From Azolla caroliniana (taxonomy: Eukaryota; Plantae; Polypodiophyta): a stretch of DNA of 64,000 nt. The notes beneath the pieces are model-generated. The model made no database searches. It was not told the origin of the DNA and saw only the letters and a list, made by a program, of their open reading frames with translations. This document shows positions 1 through 13,300 of this stretch, piece after piece. How positions within the stretch are numbered: the stretch's first letter is position 1; each line of letters opens with the position of its first letter. The translations under genes were made by a program, and so were the position numbers. The stretch is from contig JBHGNT010000127.1 in the NCBI GenBank assembly GCA_043228905.1, positions 1-64,000 of the forward strand, given 5' to 3'.

Positions 1-3000
1 CAAAAATCCGATATCACACTCGCCAGGTATGAACATTTTAAATTACCTACTAGCTCTTCCCAACTCACTCCTCTAATTTGGTAATTTCGTCATGTCTCTC
101 GACCTGAGTTTCAAAATCTTGATTTTTTAATTCCATATCATAGCTAGCGTTGTTAGCTTCGATTCGCATGTTTGTACACAAAAATCCGATATCACACTCG
201 CCAGGTATGAACATTTTAATTTACCTACTAGCTCTTCCAACCTCACTCCTCTAATTTGGTAATTTCGTCATGTCTCTCGACCTGAGTTTCAAAATCTTGA
301 TTTTTTAATTCCATATCAGAGCTAGCGTTGTTAGCTTCGATTCGCATGTTTGTACATAAAAAGCCGATATCACACTCGCTAGGTATGAACATTTTAATTT
401 ACTCAAGGGCTCCTCTCAACTCACTCCTCTAATTTGGTAATTTCGTCATGTCTCTCGACCTGAGTTTCAAAATCTTGATTTTTTAATTCCATATCATAGC
501 TAGCGTTGTTAGCTTCGATTCGCATGTTTGAACACAAAAATCCGATATCACACTCGCTAGGTATGAACATTTTAATTTACTCAAGGGCTCCTCTCAACTC
601 ACTCCTAAAATTTGGTAATTTCGTCATGCCTCTGGACCTGAGTTTCAAAATCTTGATTTTTTAATTCCATATCATAGCTAGCGTTGTTAGCTTCGATTCG
701 AATGTTTGAGCACAAACATCCGATATCACACTCGCCACGTATGAACATTTTCATTTACCTACTAGCTCTTCGAACCTCACTCCTCAAATTTGGTAATTTC
801 GTCTTGTCTCTCGACCTGAGTTACAAAATCTAGATTTTCTAATTCCATATCATAGCTAGCGTTGTTAGCTTCGATTCGCATGTTTGAACACAAAAATCCG
901 ATATCACACGAGCCAGGTATGAACTATTTTAATTTACCTACTAGCTCTTGCAACCTCACTACTAAAATTTGGTAATTTCGTCATGTCTCTCGACCTGAGT
1001 TTCAAAATCTTGAATTTTTAATTCCTTATCATAGCTAGCGTTGTTAGCTTCGATTCGCATGTTTGTACACAAAAATCCGATATCACACTCGCCAGGTATG
1101 AACATTTTAATTTACTCAAGGGCTCCTCTCAACTCACTCCTCAACTTTGGTAATTTCGTCATTTCTCTCGACCTGAGTTTCAAAATCTTGATTTTTTAAT
1201 TCCTTGTCATAGCTAGCGTTGTCAGCTTCGATTCGCATGTTTGTACACAAAAATCCGATATCACACTTGCTAGGTATGAACATTTTAATTTACTCAAGTG
1301 CTCCTCTCAACTCACTACTCAAATTTGGTAATTCCTTCATGTCTCTCGACTTGAGTTTCAAAATCTTGATGTTTTAATCGCATATCATAGCTAGCGTTGT
1401 TATCTTCAATTCGCATGTTTGAACACAAAAAACCGATATCACACTCGCTAGGTATGAACATGTTAATTTACACAAGGGCTCCTCTCAACTCACTACTCAA
1501 ATTTGGTAATTTCGTCATGCCTCTCGACCTGAGTTTCCAAATCTTGATTTTTTAATTCCATATCATAGCTAGCGTTGTTAGTTTCGATTCCCATGTTTGA
1601 GCACAAACATCCGATATCACACTCGCCAGGTATGAACATTTTCATTTACCTACTAGCTCTTCGAACCTCACTCCTCTAATTTGGTAATTTCGTCATGTCT
1701 CTCGACCTGAGTTTCAAAATCTTGATTTTTTAATTCCATATCATAGCTAGCGTTGTTAGCTTCGATTCGCATGTTTGAGCACAAACATCCGATATCATAC
1801 TCGCCAGGTATGAACATTTTAATTTACCTACTAGCTCTTCCCAACTCACTCCTCTAATTTGGTAATTTTGTCATGTCTCTCGACCTGAGTTTCAAAATCT
1901 TGATTTTCTAATTCCATATCAGAGCTAGCGTTGTCAGCTTTGATTCGCATGTTTGTACACAAAAAGCCGATATCACACTTGCTAGGTATGAACATTTTAA
2001 TTTACTCAAGTGCTCCTCTCAACTCACTACTCAAATTTGGTAATTTCGTCATGCCTCTCGACCTGAGTTTCCAAATCTTGATTTTTTAATTCCATATCAT
2101 AGCTAGCGTTATTAGCTTCGATTCGCATGTTTGAAAACAAAAATCCGATATCACACTCGCCAGGTATGAACATTTTAATTTACCTACTAGCTCTTCCCAA
2201 CTCACTCCTCTAATTTGGTAATTTCGTCATGTCTCTTGACCTGAGTTTCAAAATCTTGATTTTTTAATTCCATATCATAGCTAGCGTTGTTAGCTTCGAT
2301 TCGCATGTTTGTACACAAAAATCCGATATCACACTCGCCAGGTATGAACATTTTAATTTACCTACTAGCTCTTCCAACCTCACTCCTCTAATTTGGTAAT
2401 TTCGTCATGTCTCTCGACCTGAGTTTCAAAATCTTGATTTTTTAATTCCATATCAGAGCTAGCGTTGTTAGCTTCGATTCGCATGTTTGTACATAAAAAG
2501 CCGATATCACACTCGCTAGGTATGAACATTTTAATTTACTCAAGGGCTCCTCTCAACTCACTCCTCTAATTTGGTAATTTCGTCATGTCTCTCGACCTGA
2601 GTTTCAAAATCTTGATTTTTTAATTCCATATCATAGCTAGCGTTGTTAGCTTCGATTCGCATGTTTGAACACAAAAATCCGATATCACACTCGCTAGGTA
2701 TGAACATTTTAATTTACTCAAGGGCTCCTCTCAACTCACTCCTAAAATTTGGTAATTTCGTCATGCCTCTGGACCTGAGTTTCAAAATCTTGATTTTTTA
2801 ATTCCATATCATAGCTAGCGTTGTTAGCTTCGATTCGAATGTTTGAGCACAAACATCCGATATCACACTCGCCACGTATGAACATTTTCATTTACCTACT
2901 AGCTCTTCGAACCTCACTCCTCAAATTTGGTAATTTCGTCTTGTCTCTCGACCTGAGTTACAAAATCTAGATTTTCTAATTCCATATCATAGCTAGCGTT

Positions 3001-6000
3001 GTTAGCTTCGATTCGCATGTTTGAACACAAAAATCCGATATCACACGAGCCAGGTATGAACTATTTTAATTTACCTACTAGCTCTTGCAACCTCACTACT
3101 AAAATTTGGTAATTTCGTCATGTCTCTCGACCTGAGTTTCAAAATCTTGAATTTTTAATTCCTTATCATAGCTAGCGTTGTTAGCTTCGATTCGCATGTT
3201 TGTACACAAAAATCCGATATCACACTCGCCAGGTATGAACATTTTAATTTACTCAAGGGCTCCTCTCAACTCACTCCTCAACTTTGGTAATTTCGTCATT
3301 TCTCTCGACCTGAGTTTCAAAATCTTGATTTTTTAATTCCTTGTCATAGCTAGCGTTGTCAGCTTCGATTCGCATGTTTGTACACAAAAATCCGATATCA
3401 CACTTGCTAGGTATGAACATTTTAATTTACTCAAGTGCTCCTCTCAACTCACTACTCAAATTTGGTAATTCCTTCATGTCTCTCGACTTGAGTTTCAAAA
3501 TCTTGATGTTTTAATCGCATATCATAGCTAGCGTTGTTATCTTCAATTCGCATGTTTGAACACAAAAAACCGATATCACACTCGCTAGGTATGAACATGT
3601 TAATTTACACAAGGGCTCCTCTCAACTCACTACTCAAATTTGGTAATTTCGTCATGCCTCTCGACCTGAGTTTCCAAATCTTGATTTTTTAATTCCATAT
3701 CATAGCTAGCGTTGTTAGTTTCGATTCCCATGTTTGAGCACAAACATCCGATATCACACTCGCCAGGTATGAACATTTTCATTTACCTACTAGCTCTTCG
3801 AACCTCACTCCTCTAATTTGGTAATTTCGTCATGTCTCTCGACCTGAGTTTCAAAATCTTGATTTTTTAATTCCATATCATAGCTAGCGTTGTTAGCTTC
3901 GATTCGCATGTTTGAGCACAAACATCCGATATCATACTCGCCAGGTATGAACATTTTAATTTACCTACTAGCTCTTCCCAACTCACTCCTCTAATTTGGT
4001 AATTTTGTCATGTCTCTCGACCTGAGTTTCAAAATCTTGATTTTCTAATTCCATATCAGAGCTAGCGTTGTCAGCTTTGATTCGCATGTTTGTACACAAA
4101 AAGCCGATATCACACTTGCTAGGTATGAACATTTTAATTTACTCAAGTGCTCCTCTCAACTCACTACTCAAATTTGGTAATTTCGTCATGCCTCTCGACC
4201 TGAGTTTCCAAATCTTGATTTTTTAATTCCATATCATAGCTAGCGTTATTAGCTTCGATTCGCATGTTTGAAAACAAAAATCCGATATCACACTCGCCAG
4301 GTATGAACATTTTAATTTACCTACTAGCTCTTCCCAACTCACTCCTCTAATTTGGTAATTTCGTCATGTCTCTTGACCTGAGTTTCAAAATCTTGATTTT
4401 TTAATTCCATATCATAGCTAGCGTTGTTAGCTTCGATTCGCATGTTTGTACACAAAAATCCGATATCACACTCGCCAGGTATGAACATTTTAATTTACCT
4501 ACTAGCTCTTCCAACCTCACTCCTCTAATTTGGTAATTTCGTCATGTCTCTCGACCTGAGTTTCAAAATCTTGATTTTTTAATTCCATATCAGAGCTAGC
4601 GTTGTTAGCTTCGATTCGCATGTTTGTACATAAAAAGCCGATATCACACTCGCTAGGTATGAACATTTTAATTTACTCAAGGGCTCCTCTCAACTCACTC
4701 CTCTAATTTGGTAATTTCGTCATGTCTCTCGACCTGAGTTTCAAAATCTTGATTTTTTAATTCCATATCATAGCTAGCGTTGTTAGCTTCGATTCGCATG
4801 TTTGAACACAAAAATCCGATATCACACTCGCTAGGTATGAACATTTTAATTTACTCAAGGGCTCCTCTCAACTCACTCCTAAAATTTGGTAATTTCGTCA
4901 TGCCTCTGGACCTGAGTTTCAAAATCTTGATTTTTTAATTCCATATCATAGCTAGCGTTGTTAGCTTCGATTCGAATGTTTGAGCACAAACATCCGATAT
5001 CACACTCGCCACGTATGAACATTTTCATTTACCTACTAGCTCTTCGAACCTCACTCCTCAAATTTGGTAATTTCGTCTTGTCTCTCGACCTGAGTTACAA
5101 AATCTAGATTTTCTAATTCCATATCATAGCTAGCGTTGTTAGCTTCGATTCGCATGTTTGAACACAAAAATCCGATATCACACGAGCCAGGTATGAACTA
5201 TTTTAATTTACCTACTAGCTCTTGCAACCTCACTACTAAAATTTGGTAATTTCGTCATGTCTCTCGACCTGAGTTTCAAAATCTTGAATTTTTAATTCCT
5301 TATCATAGCTAGCGTTGTTAGCTTCGATTCGCATGTTTGTACACAAAAATCCGATATCACACTCGCCAGGTATGAACATTTTAATTTACTCAAGGGCTCC
5401 TCTCAACTCACTCCTCAACTTTGGTAATTTCGTCATTTCTCTCGACCTGAGTTTCAAAATCTTGATTTTTTAATTCCTTGTCATAGCTAGCGTTGTCAGC
5501 TTCGATTCGCATGTTTGTACACAAAAATCCGATATCACACTTGCTAGGTATGAACATTTTAATTTACTCAAGTGCTCCTCTCAACTCACTACTCAAATTT
5601 GGTAATTCCTTCATGTCTCTCGACTTGAGTTTCAAAATCTTGATGTTTTAATCGCATATCATAGCTAGCGTTGTTATCTTCAATTCGCATGTTTGAACAC
5701 AAAAAACCGATATCACACTCGCTAGGTATGAACATGTTAATTTACACAAGGGCTCCTCTCAACTCACTACTCAAATTTGGTAATTTCGTCATGCCTCTCG
5801 ACCTGAGTTTCCAAATCTTGATTTTTTAATTCCATATCATAGCTAGCGTTGTTAGTTTCGATTCCCATGTTTGAGCACAAACATCCGATATCACACTCGC
5901 CAGGTATGAACATTTTCATTTACCTACTAGCTCTTCGAACCTCACTCCTCTAATTTGGTAATTTCGTCATGTCTCTCGACCTGAGTTTCAAAATCTTGAT

Positions 6001-6965
6001 TTTTTAATTCCATATCATAGCTAGCGTTGTTAGCTTCGATTCGCATGTTTGAGCACAAACATCCGATATCATACTCGCCAGGTATGAACATTTTAATTTA
6101 CCTACTAGCTCTTCCCAACTCACTCCTCTAATTTGGTAATTTTGTCATGTCTCTCGACCTGAGTTTCAAAATCTTGATTTTCTAATTCCATATCAGAGCT
6201 AGCGTTGTCAGCTTTGATTCGCATGTTTGTACACAAAAAGCCGATATCACACTTGCTAGGTATGAACATTTTAATTTACTCAAGTGCTCCTCTCAACTCA
6301 CTACTCAAATTTGGTAATTTCGTCATGCCTCTCGACCTGAGTTTCCAAATCTTGATTTTTTAATTCCATATCATAGCTAGCGTTATTAGCTTCGATTCGC
6401 ATGTTTGAAAACAAAAATCCGATATCACACTCGCCAGGTATGAACATTTTAATTTACCTACTAGCTCTTCCCAACTCACTCCTCTAATTTGGTAATTTCG
6501 TCATGTCTCTTGACCTGAGTTTCAAAATCTTGATTTTTTAATTCCATATCATAGCTAGCGTTGTTAGCTTCGATTCGCATGTTTGTACACAAAAATCCGA
6601 TATCACACTCGCCAGGTATGAACATTTTAATTTACCTACTAGCTCTTCCAACCTCACTCCTCTAATTTGGTAATTTCGTCATGTCTCTCGACCTGAGTTT
6701 CAAAATCTTGATTTTTTAATTCCATATCAGAGCTAGCGTTGTTAGCTTCGATTCGCATGTTTGTACATAAAAAGCCGATATCACACTCGCTAGGTATGAA
6801 CATTTTAATTTACTCAAGGGCTCCTCTCAACTCACTCCTCTAATTTGGTAATTTCGTCATGTCTCTCGACCTGAGTTTCAAAATCTTGATTTTTTAATTC
6901 CATATCATAGCTAGCGTTGTTAGCTTCGATTCGCATGTTTGAACACAAAAATCCGATATCACACT
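1..6965. repeat. 12-monomer higher-order repeat, 2137-bp unit, ~3.25 near-identical copies (probably continues left of window)
   Basis: The 1-bp-insertion marker GAACTATTTT lies at 921, 3058 and 5195 (spacing 2137 = 12x178+1). Other private variants (GATGTTTTAATCGCAT, GTTTCGATTCCCATG) recur at the same period. Confidence 0.93.
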
Positions 6966-9900
6966 CGCCAGGTATGAACATTTTAATTTACTCAAGGGCT
7001 CCTCTCAACTCACTCCTCAACTTTGGTAATTTCGTCATGTCTCTCGACTTGAGTTTCAAAATCTTGATTTTTTAATTCCATATTATAGCTAGCGTTGTTA
7101 GCTTCGATTCGCATGTTTGTACACAAAAATCCGATATCACACTCGCCAGGTATGAACATTTTAATTTACCTACTAGCTCTTCGAACCTCACTCCTCAAAT
7201 TTGGTAATTTCGTCATGTCTCTCGACCTGAGTTTCAAAATCTTGATTTTTTAATTCCATATCATAGCTAGCGTTGTTAGCTTCGATTCGCATGTTTGTAC
7301 ATAAAAAGCCGATATCACACTCGCTAGGTATGAACATTTTAATTTACTCAAGGGCTCCTCTCAACTCACTCCTCTAATTTGGTAATTTCGTCATGTCTCT
7401 CGACCTGAGTTTCAAAATCTTGATTTTTTAATTCCATATCATAGCTAGCGTTGTTAGCTTCGATTCGCATGTTCGAACACAAAAATCCGATATCACACTC
7501 GCCAGGTATGAACATTTTAATTTACCTACTAGCTCTTCCCAACTCACTCCTCAAATTTGGTAATTTCGTCATGTCTCTCGACCTGAGTTTCAAAATCTTG
7601 ATTTTTTAATTCCATATCATAGCTAGCGTTGTTAGCTTCGATTCGCATGTTTGAACACAAAAATCCGATATCACACGAGCCAGGTATGAACTATTTTAAT
7701 TTACCTACTAGCTCTTGCAACCTCACTACTAAAATTTGGTAATTTCGTCATGTCTCTCGACCTGAGTTTCAAAATCTTGAATTTTTAATTCCTTATCATA
7801 GCTAGCGTTGTTAGCTTCGATTCGCATGTTTGTACACAAAAATCCGATATCACACTCGCCAGGTATGAACATTTTAATTTACTCAAGGGCTCCTCTCAAC
7901 TCACTCCTCAACTTTGGTAATTTCGTCATTTCTCTCGACCTGAGTTTCAAAATCTTGATTTTTTAATTCCTTGTCATAGCTAGCGTTGTCAGCTTCGATT
8001 CGCATGTTTGTACACAAAAATCCGATATCACACTTGCTAGGTATGAACATTTTAATTTACTCAAGTGCTCCTCTCAACTCACTACTCAAATTTGGTAATT
8101 CCTTCATGTCTCTCGACTTGAGTTTCAAAATCTTGATGTTTTAATCGCATATCATAGCTAGCGTTGTTATCTTCAATTCGCATGTTTGAACACAAAAAAC
8201 CGATATCACACTCGCTAGGTATGAACATGTTAATTTACACAAGGGCTCCTCTCAACTCACTACTCAAATTTGGTAATTTCGTCATGCCTCTCGACCTGAG
8301 TTTCCAAATCTTGATTTTTTAATTCCATATCATAGCTAGCGTTGTTAGTTTCGATTCCCATGTTTGAGCACAAACATCCGATATCACACTCGCCAGGTAT
8401 GAACATTTTCATTTACCTACTAGCTCTTCGAACCTCACTCCTCTAATTTGGTAATTTCGTCATGTCTCTCGACCTGAGTTTCAAAATCTTGATTTTTTAA
8501 TTCCATATCATAGCTAGCGTTGTTAGCTTCGATTCGCATGTTTGAGCACAAACATCCGATATCATACTCGCCAGGTATGAACATTTTAATTTACCTACTA
8601 GCTCTTCCCAACTCACTCCTCTAATTTGGTAATTTTGTCATGTCTCTCGACCTGAGTTTCAAAATCTTGATTTTCTAATTCCATATCAGAGCTAGCGTTG
8701 TCAGCTTTGATTCGCATGTTTGTACACAAAAAGCCGATATCACACTTGCTAGGTATGAACATTTTAATTTACTCAAGTGCTCCTCTCAACTCACTACTCA
8801 AATTTGGTAATTTCGTCATGCCTCTCGACCTGAGTTTCCAAATCTTGATTTTTTAATTCCATATCATAGCTAGCGTTATTAGCTTCGATTCGCATGTTTG
8901 AAAACAAAAATCCGATATCACACTCGCCAGGTATGAACATTTTAATTTACCTACTAGCTCTTCCCAACTCACTCCTCTAATTTGGTAATTTCGTCATGTC
9001 TCTTGACCTGAGTTTCAAAATCTTGATTTTTTAATTCCATATCATAGCTAGCGTTGTTAGCTTCGATTCGCATGTTTGTACACAAAAATCCGATATCACA
9101 CTCGCCAGGTATGAACATTTTAATTTACCTACTAGCTCTTCCAACCTCACTCCTCTAATTTGGTAATTTCGTCATGTCTCTCGACCTGAGTTTCAAAATC
9201 TTGATTTTTTAATTCCATATCAGAGCTAGCGTTGTTAGCTTCGATTCGCATGTTTGTACATAAAAAGCCGATATCACACTCGCTAGGTATGAACATTTTA
9301 ATTTACTCAAGGGCTCCTCTCAACTCACTCCTCTAATTTGGTAATTTCGTCATGTCTCTCGACCTGAGTTTCAAAATCTTGATTTTTTAATTCCATATCA
9401 TAGCTAGCGTTGTTAGCTTCGATTCGCATGTTTGAACACAAAAATCCGATATCACACTCGCCAGGTATGAACATTTTAATTTACTCAAGGGCTCCTCTCA
9501 ACTCACTCCTCAACTTTGGTAATTTCGTCATGTCTCTCGACTTGAGTTTCAAAATCTTGATTTTTTAATTCCATATTATAGCTAGCGTTGTTAGCTTCGA
9601 TTCGCATGTTTGTACACAAAAATCCGATATCACACTCGCCAGGTATGAACATTTTAATTTACCTACTAGCTCTTCGAACCTCACTCCTCAAATTTGGTAA
9701 TTTCGTCATGTCTCTCGACCTGAGTTTCAAAATCTTGATTTTTTAATTCCATATCATAGCTAGCGTTGTTAGCTTCGATTCGCATGTTTGTACATAAAAA
9801 GCCGATATCACACTCGCTAGGTATGAACATTTTAATTTACTCAAGGGCTCCTCTCAACTCACTCCTCTAATTTGGTAATTTCGTCATGTCTCTCGACCTG

Positions 9901-10146
9901 AGTTTCAAAATCTTGATTTTTTAATTCCATATCATAGCTAGCGTTGTTAGCTTCGATTCGCATGTTTGAACACAAAAATCCGATATCACACTCGCCAGGT
10001 ATGAACATTTTAATTTACCTACTAGCTCTTCCCAACTCACTCCTCAAATTTGGTAATTTCGTCATGTCTCTCGACCTGAGTTTCAAAATCTTGATTTTTT
10101 AATTCCATATCATAGCTAGCGTTGTTAGCTTCGATTCGCATGTTTG
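5115..10146. repeat. 14-monomer higher-order repeat, 2493-bp unit, 2 copies, derived from the 12-mer
   Basis: GAACTATTTT at 5195 and 7688, and TATTATAGCT at 7081 and 9574, are both 2493 apart (14x178+1). Confidence 0.88.
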
Positions 10147-10399
10147 TACACAAAAATCCGATATCACACTCGCCAGGTATGAACATTTTAATTTACTCAA
10201 GGGCTCCTCTCAACTCACTCCTCAAATTTGGTAATTTCGTCATGTCTCTCGACCTGAGTTTGAAAATCTTGATTTTTTAATTCCATATCAGAGCTAGCGT
10301 TGTTAGCTTCGATTCGCATGTTTGAACACAAGAATCCGATATAACACTCGCCAGGTATGAACATTTTAATTTACTCAAGGGCTCCTCTCAACTCACTCC

Positions 10400-13300
10400 T
10401 CAACTTTGGTAATTTCGTCATGTCTCTGGACCTGAGTTTCAAAATCTTGATTTTTTAATTCCATATCATAGCTAGCGTTGTTAGCTTCGATTCGAATGTT
10501 TGAGCACAAACATCCGATATCACACTCGCCACGTATGAACATTTTCATTTACCTACTAGCTCTTCGAACCTCACTCCTCAAATTTGGTAATTTCGTCATG
10601 TCTCTCGACCTGAGTTTCAAAATCTTGATTTTTTAATTCCATATCATAGCTAGCATTGTTAGCTTCGATTCGCATGTTTGAACACAAAAATCCGATATCA
10701 CACGAGCCAGGTATGAACATTTTAATTTACTCAAGGGCTCCTCTCAACTCACTCCTCAAATTTGGTAATTTCGTAGCTAGCGTTATTAGCTTCGATTCGC
10801 ATGTTTGAAAACAAAAATCCGATATCACACTCGCCAGGTATGAACATTTTAATTTACCTACTAGCTCTTCCCAACTCACTCCTCTAATTTGGTAATTTCG
10901 TCATGTCTCTCGACCTGAGTTTCAAAATCTTGATTTTTTAATTCCATATCATAGCTAGCGTTGTTAGCTTCGATTCGCATGTTTGTACACAAAAATCCGA
11001 TATCACACTCGCCAGGTATGAACATTTTAATTTACCTACTAGCTCTTCCAACCTCACTCCTCTAATTTGGTAATTTCGTCATGTCTCTCGACCTGAGTTT
11101 CAAAATCTTGATTTTTTAATTCCATATCAGAGCTAGCGTTGTTAGCTTCGATTCGCATGTTTGTACATAAAAATCCGATATCACACTCGCTAGGTATGAA
11201 CATTTTAATTTACTCAAGGGCTCCTCTCAACTCACTCCTCTAATTTGGTAATTTCGTCATGTCTCTCGACCTGAGTTTCAAAATCTTGATTTTTTAATTC
11301 CATATCATAGCTAGCGTTGTTAGCTTCGATTCGCATGTTTGAACACAAAAATCCGATATCACACTCGCCAGGTATGAACATTTTAATTTACCTACTAGCT
11401 CTTCCCAACTCACTCCTCTAATTTGGTAATTTCGTCATGTCTCTCGACCTGAGTTTCAAAATCTTGATTTTTTAATTCCATATCAGAGCTAGCGTTGTTA
11501 GCTTCGATTCGCATGTTTGTACATAAAAAGCCGATATCACACTCGCTAGGTATGAACATTTTAATTTACTCAAGGGCTCCTCTCAACTCACTCCTCAACT
11601 TTGGTAATATCGTCATGTCTCTGGACCTGAGTTTCAAAATCTTGATTTTTTAATTCCATATCATAGCTAGCGTTGTTAGCTTCGATTCGAATGTTTGAGC
11701 ACAAACATCCGATATCACACTCGCCACGTATGAACATTTTCATTTACCTACTAGCTCTTCGAACCTCACTCCTCAAATTTGGTAATTTCGTCATGTCTCT
11801 CGACCTGAGTTTCAAAATCTTGATTTTGTAATTCCATATCATAGCTAGCATTGTTAGCTTCGATTCGCATGTTTGAACACAAAAATCCGATATCACACGA
11901 GCCAGGTATGAACATTTTAATTTACTCAAGGGCTCCTCTCAACTCACTCCTCAAATTTGGTAATTTCGTAGCTAGCGTTATTAGCTTCGATTCGCATGTT
12001 TGAAAACAAAAATCCGATATCACACTCGCCAGGTATGAACATTTTAATTTACCTACTAGCTCTTCCCAACTCACTCCTCTAATTTGGTAATTTCGTCATG
12101 TCTCTCGACCTGAGTTTCAAAATCTTGATTTTTTAATTCCATATCATAGCTAGCGTTGTTAGCTTCGATTCGCATGTTTGTACACAAAAATCCGATATCA
12201 CACTCGCCAGGTATGAACATTTTAATTTACCTACTAGCTCTTCCAACCTCACTCCTCTAATTTGGTAATTTCGTCATGTCTCTCGACCTGAGTTTCAAAA
12301 TCTTGATTTTTTAATTCCATATCAGAGCTAGCGTTGTTAGCTTCGATTCGCATGTTTGTACATAAAAATCCGATATCACACTCGCTAGGTATGAACATTT
12401 TAATTTACTCAAGGGCTCCTCTCAACTCACTCCTCTAATTTGGTAATTTCGTCATGTCTCTCGACCTGAGTTTCAAAATCTTGATTTTTTAATTCCATAT
12501 CAGAGCTAGCGTTGTTAGCTTCGATTCGCATGTTTGAACACAAAAATCCGATATCACACTCGCCAGGTATGAACATTTTAATTTACTCAAGGGCTCCTCT
12601 CAACTCACTCCTCAACTTTGGTAATATCGTCATGTCTCTGGACCTGAGTTTCAAAATCTTGATTTTTTAATTCCATATCATAGCTAGCGTTGTTAGCTTC
12701 GATTCGCATGTTTGAACACAAAAATCCGATATCACACTCGCCAGGTATGAACATTTTAATTTACCTACTAGCTCTTCCCAACTCACTCCTCTAATTTGGT
12801 AATTTCGTCATGTCTCTCGACCTGAGTTTCAAAATCTTGATTTTTTAATTCCATATCATAGCTAGCGTTGTTAGCTTCGATTCGCATATTTGTACACAAA
12901 AATCCGATATCACACTCGCCAGGTATGAACATTTTAATTTACTCAAGGGCTCCTCTCAACTCACTCCTCAAATTTGGTAATTTCGTCATGTCTCTCGACC
13001 TGAGTTTGAAAATCTTGATTTTTTAATTCCATATCAGAGCTAGCGTTGTTAGCTTCGATTCGCATGTTTGAACACAAAAATCCGATATCACACTCGCCAG
13101 GTACGAACATTTTAATTTACTCAAGGGCTCCTCTCAACTCACTCCTCAAATTTGGTAATTTCGTCATGTCTCTCGACCTGAGTTAGAAAATCTTGATTTT
13201 TTAATTCCATATCAGAGCTAGCGTTGTTAGCTTCGATTCGCATGTTTGAACACAAAAATCCGATATCACACTCGCCAGGTATGAACATTTTAATTTACTC

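Noticed and set aside
84-172. CENP-B box-like TTCG motifs
   Set aside because: TTCG occurs three times, but none is followed by the required A..CGGG of NTTCGNNNNANNCGGGN.
1-178. Identification as Arabidopsis CEN178, or as a 5S rDNA/tRNA-derived tandem unit
   Set aside because: Only the length matches CEN178. I recognise no sequence similarity to it, to 5S rRNA or to Pol III A/B boxes; a database search is needed for any assignment.
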